A stretch of DNA of 64,000 nt from Octopus sinensis (lineage: Eukaryota), in the NCBI RefSeq assembly GCF_006345805.1, contig NC_043007.1, forward strand, positions 58,962,001 through 59,026,000. Direction: 5' to 3'. Shown piece by piece: positions 13,681 through 21,615 of this stretch. Under the pieces are notes generated by a model, which saw only the letters and a program-made list of their open reading frames with translations, searched no databases and was not told the origin of the DNA. The position numbers and the translations under genes were made by a program. Each line of letters begins with the position of its first letter. Position 1 is the first letter of the stretch.

Positions 13681-14171
13681 AAAGACATATCTTTTGCTCA
13701 TACCCTCTCATTCTTCTCCAGTCTACTATATCATTATTACTATTCAGCTGTTCTTCATCCCCTCCTCTTTCAACACTGCCAGTCATCTACTCTCCCCTAC
13801 TTCTACCTATTCATATGTATCACTGGTCACCACCATCTCTTATCACTACATCCACCCCTGAACCCTACCTAATTTCTACTGTTGTTCCCTACCTGCTCTA
13901 CTTGTCATTCTTCATCTCTTGTTCATTCATTATATTCACTCCTCCTATCCTATTCCCCATTTCTAACTATTTCTCACTCTTTCTTGCAGTCTTCCAACTT
14001 CCACCCACCCAGATTCCCTGTTCTCTTGTCCTCATTCATTTTTACTCACCTTATATTTTCAGGATCCACCCTGACACCTCTTCACCACTATTTTATCATT
14101 TTTTCCAGCTCCACCTCAGTTACTTTCACCCACCCTTCTATAATGTGATTAACCAAGTAATTCCTCTAAAG

Positions 14172-14466
14172 CAGTGTTTCTCAACCATTTATTACCTGTG
14201 GACTCCTTTTTATCCTTTTATTCTTTTACTTGTTTCAGTCATTTGACTGCAGCCATGCTAGAGCACCCCGTTGATTCAGATGGACTCTCCAAGCCATTTC
14301 ATGCTTAAGATACCAAAGATAATTAAATACTATTAGGAATTGTACCAAAGAATTATTAAAATATTTTGTGTATTGTAGAAGTTTAACCAATTTATTTCAG
14401 ATAAATTTTAACAATAAAATGTTATATGGATCCCCAAGTGCCATGTGACCCTGTTGCAAAACACTG
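14172..14466. mobile_element. hAT (Charlie-like) MITE with 8-bp TSD and a nested SINE tail
   Basis: TIRs CAGTGTTTCTCAAC / GTTGCAAAACACTG; flanks CTCTAAAG (14164-14171) and CTCTACAG (14467-14474) form an 8-bp TSD with one mismatch. Confidence 0.75.
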
Positions 14467-14517
14467 CTCTACAGTAAATAAATGGAGTTGAATGAAGATG
14501 TTATTAAAATTCTTTTA

Positions 14518-14599
14518 CTTTCGACATATGTTTCAAAGACAACATGGTATTATTCCAAAGGAATAAACGGTATAAAATGCAATCTTCTTTTCGGGAAAA
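14518..14599 (-). ncRNA. Type I hammerhead ribozyme motif, left arm (catalytic core mutated)
   Basis: TTTTC-CCGAAAA-GAAGA...TCTTT-GAAA-C-ATAT-G-TC-GAAAG: stem I and stem III pair, but CUGANGA is mutated to CCGAAAA. Confidence 0.7.
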
Positions 14600-14840
14600 A
14601 AAGAGAGCCGATCTCAACAACAAGACATTATAACAATTACGATGACTACCTAAATGATAAACAGAAAGTTATTAAGTATTTAAAAAAAACCGTTAGTAGA
14701 TTCAACGTCAAAGGCAGATACTAGGAAGAGAAGGGTTAAAGAAATAATAAGTAAAGAACAAATAAAGGGGGATACGTTGGTAGAAAAATGTTCAAAGGCT
14801 AAGAAGTAGATTTCTCTATAGAAGTAAAGTGCAAGTTAAA

Positions 14841-15305
14841 CTAACTGTTCAAACTATAAAGACTGGCGAAATCACTTATATGAGTTAAAGGTATGTTTCT
14901 CTGCCAGTGTTTACATTTGTAAGATCGCTGTATAAGTGTGTTAACAAGGTGATTCTTAGAGAAGAGAATATGGAAGAGTTCAGAGTTGCAAATGTTACAA
15001 AATCCCTTACCCTTATCGTAAGGAAAAGATATGGACAGGATGAACCAATCTAACTTAAAATCTATATTGTTGTCTTTAAGATGCCAAACCAATTTACTTA
15101 GCCCTGTGCTATGGCGTTTTCTGCTAGCCCTAAATGATGAATAATGATTTGAAATTCTCTTAGATAACTGGGAAGAGGATGCACCTATGTAGAAGTAGAC
15201 ATCGGTACCGGAAGAAATTTTACACTGGTATATAGAATTCTTGATCTTAGAATTATTAGATATAAATTTAATGCTGTTAGGGTTGTCCTCAGAGATCAAA
15301 ACCAT
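14841..15305 (-). pseudogene. GIY-YIG endonuclease domain of the Penelope-like element (left arm)
   Basis: SIYQC...FYIG, KRISNHY, STGLSKLVWHLK, CNICNSE, KCKH motifs; a 2-nt insertion near the C-terminus shifts the frame relative to the right arm. Confidence 0.85.
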
Positions 15306-15318
15306 GTTTTTATTGCTA

Positions 15319-15355
<37 letters not shown>

Positions 15356-15402
15356 TAATCCTATTAATATTATTATTATTATTATAAATAATACTGTTGT
15401 TG

Positions 15403-15458
<56 letters not shown>

Positions 15459-15461
<3 letters not shown>

Positions 15462-16290
15462 TAGTTTTATTTTTATAGCGTGCTTTCACTTCACTACCGA
15501 GCGCAGCTCTGTGTGCCTTGGGTATGTGCTGTGATTTGTTGTGATGCTCTGATGGTTATTGTATGGAGAGTGTTCTGCGTAGGATGTGTGCAGTGCCTAG
15601 TAGTGCAATTTTCTGTATGTTATATGTGTTTGTAAGTCCTGGTGTTTTTGTTATGTATTTGTCTGAATATTTTTTTATCATGCCTAATGATAGGAATTGT
15701 TTCTGTTTTCAGATTCCACATTCTAGTTACCTCTATTTCCAGGTCTTTGTATTTTGAGAGTTTCTCCATTTCTTTTAGAGACACGTTGTCATCTGCTGGT
15801 ATTGATACATCAATTAGAAAGCATTTTTTTTCTTCATGATCTCTGACAACTATATCTGGTCTGTTGGCCTTAATTTCTCTATCTGTGTGTATCGGCATAT
15901 CCCAGAGTATGGTTGCTTTCTCGTTTTCTGTGACCTTTTCTGGTGTGTGCCAATACCATCTTTTTTCTGTTGTTATTCCATAATGTTGGCATAGCTTCCA
16001 ATGTATGTAGGTTCCAACTCTGTCATGTCTGTGAATATATTCCTTCTTAGCCAGGACTGGGCAGCTAGAGATAATATGATTTATTGTTTCTTGTCCATCT
16101 CCACATATTCTGCAGTTACTTGTAATATTTCTTTTCATTACATGTTTTTGGTAATTTATCATGGTTCGTTGCTGTTCTATTTTTAGTTTGGATTTCATTT
16201 GTTTTATAGCTTTTGTTGTTTCTTCATCATCTTCTTCTTCTTCTTCTTCTTCTTCTTCTTCTTCTTCTTCTTCTCTTCTTCTTCTTCTTC
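15459..16290 (-). mobile_element. 5'-truncated R4/Dong-clade non-LTR retrotransposon (CCHC knuckle + restriction-like endonuclease + 3' UTR)
   Basis: CRICGDGQETINHIISSC, RHD, ILWD, RPDIV, FLIDV, KLSKYKDL motifs; a small deletion near 15686 shifts the frame before LLGTAHILRRTL; flanked by (TAA)n on its sense strand. Confidence 0.9.
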
Positions 16291-16339
<49 letters not shown>

Positions 16340-16360
<21 letters not shown>

Positions 16361-16695
16361 GTGAGGGGTTGGAATTAACAAGATTAATGTTGGAACTCCC
16401 AGAAAATAAACTTTTATTTAGCAGATTGGTATTGTGAGAAGATATAATTTGTGAAAGATTCTTTGTGTTGGAGAAGGCAACTCTAACTATATGAGAGTTA
16501 ATAATCGAATAATATCTAGAATTTTTTGGAAAGTACTTACCAACCACTTCATGGAATAGCAAAGGAAGATTCGATTTAATTTGTTTTCCAAACGGAATTA
16601 CAAACCAGATATTTTTCCTAGTAACATTTAAATTGTAAGTGGTATTATCTTTAAAGGAAGATGTAAAATCTCTAGAGTGAAAATTTGAGCTTAAT
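16340..16695 (-). pseudogene. RT C-terminal/linker region of the Penelope-like element
   Basis: RKNIWFVIPFGKQIKSNLPLLFHEVVGKYFPKNSRYYSIINSHIVRVAFSNTKNLSQIISSHN resembles the IIWFNPP...HFP...KVSYS...IISSHN linker of C-terminal-EN PLEs. Confidence 0.75.
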
Positions 16696-16755
16696 AATCT
16701 TGTTAATTCCAACCCCTCACATAATAATAATGATGATGATGATGGCGACAGTATT

Positions 16756-16804
<49 letters not shown>

Positions 16805-17289
16805 GTATTAACAATAATAATAATAATAATAATAATAATAGTCATAGCAATAAAAACATGGTTTTGATCTCTGAGGACAACCCCAACAGAATTAAATTTA
16901 TGTCTAATAATTCTAAGATCAAGAATTCTATATACCAGTGTAAAATTTCTTCCGGTACCGATGTCTACTTCTACATAGGCGCATCCTCTTTCCAGTTATC
17001 TAAGAGAATTTCAAATCATTATTCATCATTTAGGGATAGCAGAAAACGTCATAGCACAGGGCTAAGTAAATTGGTTTGGCATCTTAAAGACAACAATAAA
17101 GATTTTAAGTTAAATTGGTTCATCCTGTCCATATCTTTTCCTTACGATAAGGGTAAGGGATTTTGTAACATTTGCAACTCTGAACTCTTCCATATTCTTT
17201 TCTCTAAGAATCACCTTGTTAACACACTTATACAGCGATCTTGCAAATGTAAACACTGGCAGAAACATACCTTTAACTCATATAAGTGA
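16696..17289 (+). pseudogene. Poly-Asn linker + GIY-YIG endonuclease of the inverted arm (uninterrupted frame, no RT)
   Basis: Frame is open from NLVNSNPSHNNNDDDDGDSII(N)n through MVLISEDN...FYIG...CNICNSE...CKCKHWQKHTFNSYK*. Confidence 0.85.
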
Positions 17290-17562
17290 TTTCGCCAATC
17301 TTTATAGTTTGAACAGTTAGTTTAACTTGCACTTTACTTCAATAGAGAAATCTACTTCTTAGCCTTTGAACATTTTTTCAACCAACGTATCCCCCTTTAT
17401 TTGTTCTCTACTTATTATTTCTTTAACCCTTCTCTTCTTAGTATCTGCCTTTGACGTTGAATCTACTAACGGTTTTTTAAAAATACTTAATAACTTTCTG
17501 TTTATCATTTAGGTAGTCATCATAATTGTTATAATGTCTTGTTGTTGAAATAGGCTCTCTTT

Positions 17563-17644
17563 CTTTCCTGACGAGAAGATTGCACTTTACACCTTTTATT
17601 CCTTTGGAATAATACCATGTTGTCTTCGAAACATATGTCACAAG
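17563..17644 (+). ncRNA. Type I hammerhead ribozyme motif, right arm (core intact)
   Basis: CTTTC-CTGACGA-GAAGA...TCTTC-GAAA-C-ATAT-G-TC|ACAAG; predicted cleavage after C17639; stem I 3' strand partly mismatched. Confidence 0.8.
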
Positions 17645-17838
17645 TAAAAGAATTTTAATAACATCTTCATTCAACTCCATTTATTTACTTATAATACACA
17701 AATTACTGCACATTAAACCGGAGTTTCTACCTTTGAATAGGTCGCTTCATCTGTGTTACTTGCGTGAATTTTGCTACCCTGGCAACTGTTTATTGAATTT
17801 TCCATGTTAACGGTAAACAAAGGATAATTCATTCATCC

Positions 17839-17887
<49 letters not shown>

Positions 17888-17888
<1 letters not shown>

Positions 17889-19181
17889 GAGGGACGTTCA
17901 ATAAGTAATGCCTCTGACCCACTTGCAGTTGTTTGATCTAGCTGAAATTTTGCATGTGCAATCATTTATATCTCTATAGAGGAAGTGGCAAATTACAGCT
18001 CTGAATTAATTGTGGTTTCTGATGTACAGGTGTTTGAACCAAGTCAAGTGTGAAATGGAGCCTGTTGAGTGTCGAGCAGTGATCCGGTTTTTGTGTTTGA
18101 AAGGACGCACTACACGGGAGACTTTTGATGAAATGAAAGTAACTTATGGTGATGATGCCCCATCATATGACCTTGTAAAATGCTGGCATCGTGAATTCAA
18201 ACATGGTCGGAACTCTGTGGAAACAGCTCCCGGATCTGGTCGCCCCCTTCTGCCATTGATGAGGCATCTGTCCGTCAAGTTCAGGCTGCCATTTTCGAAG
18301 ATCGACGCATAATTATTCGCCAAATAGCCCATGAGGTCAAGATTAGTACCGGGTCTGTGGAAACTATCATTCATGACCATTTGCATATGCAAAAGGTGTC
18401 TGCCAGATGGATTCCCAGGTTGCTCACGCCTTTCCAGAAGCAAGAACGCATCGAGTGCTCGAGGGTGAATTTGGAGATGTGCCAAGAAAATGAGTCAAAA
18501 TTTTTTCAAAAGACTGATTACACAGGATGAAACCTGGGTCCATCACGATGATCCAGAGACCAAAGCCCAGTCAATGCAGTGGAAGCACCGTGACTCACCC
18601 CCTCCAAAAAAGGCAAGGGTGCAGCCCTCCGCTGGCAAGGTCATGCTCACAGTCTTCTGGGACCAGGACGGAGTAGTGATGACAGATTTCCTGGCAAAGG
18701 GTACCACAATTGCAGGAGCCTATTATGCTTCACTTTTGAGAAAATTAAGAGAGAAGTTATCAAAATCAAGAGGCGGAGCAAGATCAGCAAAGGCATCCTC
18801 CTCCTGCAGGACAACGCTCCGGTCCACAACTCGCTTGTTGCCAGATCAGAAGCACAGGCGTATGGCTATGAACTCCTCCCCATCCCCCCTACTTTCCTGA
18901 CCTTGCACCCTCTGATTTTCACCTCTTCCCAATCATGAAGTTGTTTTTGAAAGGAAAGCGTTTCCCAGATGATGCAGCCTTGATTTCTGAAGTCACGTTG
19001 AGGTTGGAGGACCAAGCTGGGTTCTTCTACAAAAACGGTCTCCAGAGCCGCATCAAACGATGGGAGAAATGCGTAACTCTGGGTGGTTCCTATGTAGAAA
19101 AAGACTAATAACTGTGCCAAGTTTCGTTGCTCTACTGCTATGGGAAGTGGGTCAGGGGCATTACTTATTGAACGCCCCTCG
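17888..19181 (+). mobile_element. Full-length mariner (D,D34D) element
   Basis: TIRs of about 37 bp, CGAGGGACGTTCAATAAGTAATGCCTCTGACCCACTT / AAGTGGGTCAGGGGCATTACTTATTGAACGCCCCTCG; TA flanks within a (TA)n tract; 1294 bp. Confidence 0.95.
18055..19108 (+). pseudogene. Mariner transposase, frameshifted
   Basis: MEPVECRAVIRFL...WIPRLLT...QDETWVHH...QDNAPVH...DLAPSDFHLF...GGSYVEKD*, spread over several frames (about three frameshifts by eye). Confidence 0.9.
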
Positions 19182-19188
19182 TATATAC

Positions 19189-19219
<31 letters not shown>

Positions 19220-20697
19220 TGTATGTATGTATGTATGTATATATATTTATGTATGTGTCTTTGTGTCTATGTTTGTCGCCCCCACCATCTCTTGACAACC
19301 AATGTTGGTGTGTTTACATCCCCATAACTTTGTGGTTTAGTAAAAAAGACCTATAGATTAAGTACCAGGCTTACAAAAGAATAAGTCCTGGAGTCAATTT
19401 CTTCGACTAAAAGGTGGTACTCCAGCATGGCTGCAGTCAAATGACTGAAACAAGTAAAAGAATAAGAATATATGTGTGTGTGTGTGTGTAACCATTAAAC
19501 CTGACATGTTTTTTTCTCTCTCTCCATTTTTTCCTTCTCATCCCTTTCTGTTGAAGAGTGTAGGCTCGAAACATCTAAGACTTTTCTATTTTTCCCAAAC
19601 ATCAAACTAATACACCTGCTTGTTGTTCCTTCACCTGTCTCCTTTTTTTTCTATACATTTGGACCATATATATGTGTGTATGTGTTTGTGTGTGTGCGTG
19701 CGTGCGTATGTGTGTGCATGTGCATGTGTGAGTGTGAGTGTATGTGTGTGTGTGGCGGGGGATACAATTGGCTTTTCGCAGTTTCTATCTATCAAATTCA
19801 CTCACAAGGCATTAGTTGGCCCAAGGTTATAGTAAAAAGACACTTGCTCAAGGTGCTGTGCAGTGAAATTGAACCTGAAATTGTTTGGCCACGAGGTAAA
19901 TTCCCTAACCATACAGCCATATATGCACTTATTTAGTATTAGTATAATTAGCTCCCATAAGAAAAAAAATTAACTTTGCAGTAAAGAAGTTAAGCAACAT
20001 TAACAATAACAACAACAACCAATAAAACCAACCATCAACTATCAGCACATGAACTGACAACTAAATAGTTTATCAGGATTTTGCTTCAGCTGTCAATTTC
20101 TTCTTATTATTTTTTATGAACATAGAACCCATGCCAGCATGGAAAATAGATATTAAAAGATGGATGTTTAAAGACAATGATAATGATGATGATGATGTTC
20201 CATACAAGAAACTGAAGTATTTAAAATCACAAGGCAAACAAACTTACTTTATGTAATAAACGTGAAAGAATAGAAAAAAGAAAAAGAAAATACAAAAATA
20301 TTTTTCTTTTCTTTATCAATCTTCAGTAAAACATTATGACATTGTGGTGTAACTAGGCACTTAGTCATATATCACATGGTATTTCTGCTCATAGACTCAC
20401 ATATTCTTTTACTCCATCAACCTCTCAATTCCAATATTCGCCTCTCTATGCCATTGGTTACTATGCAAACAAAACTGTCATGTGACCATAGCAATAAACA
20501 TAAATAATACTATAAAACCTGGTTTTCATTTACTAAAACTGATGTAAACTCATATATTACTATATATTACTCATACATATTTTATAGATAAGTTACTGTT
20601 AACATATCAGTTAACAGGAAACATTAAAATAAATTAACTAAAAATATTTTGCAAGAAGGAAAAAATCCTAGTTTCTATATCAGGTACAGGGAATAAT

Positions 20698-20737
20698 TCC
20701 CAACATATTTTGGTCTTATTCTGACCTCATCAGCAAA
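20698..20737 (-). ncRNA. Decayed minimal hammerhead ribozyme relic
   Basis: CTGATGA-GGTC-AGAATAA-GACC-AAAA-TATG-TT: intact core and 4-bp stem II; GAAA reads AAAA; stem I not pairable. Confidence 0.45.
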
Positions 20738-21197
20738 TCACAATCTTCACCATATTTCCTGAATTAATGACAAAAGAATCAATAAGACTGTATATTTGTT
20801 GAAATACAAAAGTAGATATAAAATAATTCAGATTCCATCTGTATGGAATACCATATTTTATAGATTGGGTGGGATTTATGTAGAGAATTTCATAGTAGCA
20901 GAATGGCTGCAGTGATATGAAGTGTTTAAATTACAGTCTTTAACATACAATAACCTCAATATTGATCTACTTCATGGGCTGCAATAGCCCCTTTGAATTA
21001 CAAATAATGAATATTTATGTCACTTTAAAGCATTTGTTAGATTTTTCAGTAGTGAAGGTACATAGCCTGATAGTTAGAGATCATAGGTTTAAATACTGGA
21101 TCAGATAATATGTTGTGTACTTGATAAGGTACTTTATTTTATGTTGCTCCAGTCAACTCAGCCCCAAATGAGTACCAACTTAGTACTAGTGCACTCC

Positions 21198-21238
<41 letters not shown>

Positions 21239-21494
21239 GTTGTCTCATCCATGATGTTCCACTAAGTCAAGGAGGTAGGGTGTGTCCATCAATAGAGAAT
21301 TTAAAACATCATCCAATGGAATTATTTATGTCAATCTTGTCTTCTTAAACAACACAAAGACACAATCACAATATGGAACAAGAAAACACGGTACTCTTGC
21401 CATCCCTTAACATGAACAGCACACAATTATAACCCTTGAGATTGCTACAAATGCTTGATCTCACCATTACTAAGGATGTTCCCTAGTTAACATA

Positions 21495-21615
21495 AAACTC
21501 AATGTAGCAACAACAACATCTTGAAAACTGGCCTTCCTCTTCAGGAAAAGAAAATACTTCAGTTACCAACAATAATTGACGCAGCTCTACAAAGTTCAAT
21601 GGAATATTGCTCTCT
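21495..21615 (+). mobile_element. LINE RT C-terminal remnant (CR1/L2-group-like)
   Basis: FRKRKYFSYQQ*LTQLYKVQ followed after a frameshift by MEYCSLIW. Confidence 0.35.

Larger units (their letters stand above)
14473..17689 (-). mobile_element. Penelope-like retroelement: 5'-truncated body (about 16695 to 14473, -) plus inverted pseudo-LTR arm (16696-17689, +)
   Basis: Two GIY-YIG copies in opposite orientation with matching 3' regions ending at AGTAAATAAATGG / CCATTTATTTACT; RT-linker peptide on - strand; hammerhead motif in each arm. Confidence 0.9.

Noticed and set aside
13815-14246. 143-aa hydrophobic ORF
   Set aside because: Pyrimidine-rich low-complexity DNA that runs into a MITE and a SINE; no recognisable motif.
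16858-17289. Selenocysteine-recoded (Naiad-type) PLE, or an RNA-guided nuclease (Fanzor/TnpB)
   Set aside because: No in-frame TGA at Cys positions, the endonuclease lies C-terminal to the RT linker, and no RuvC-like ORF was seen anywhere in the window.
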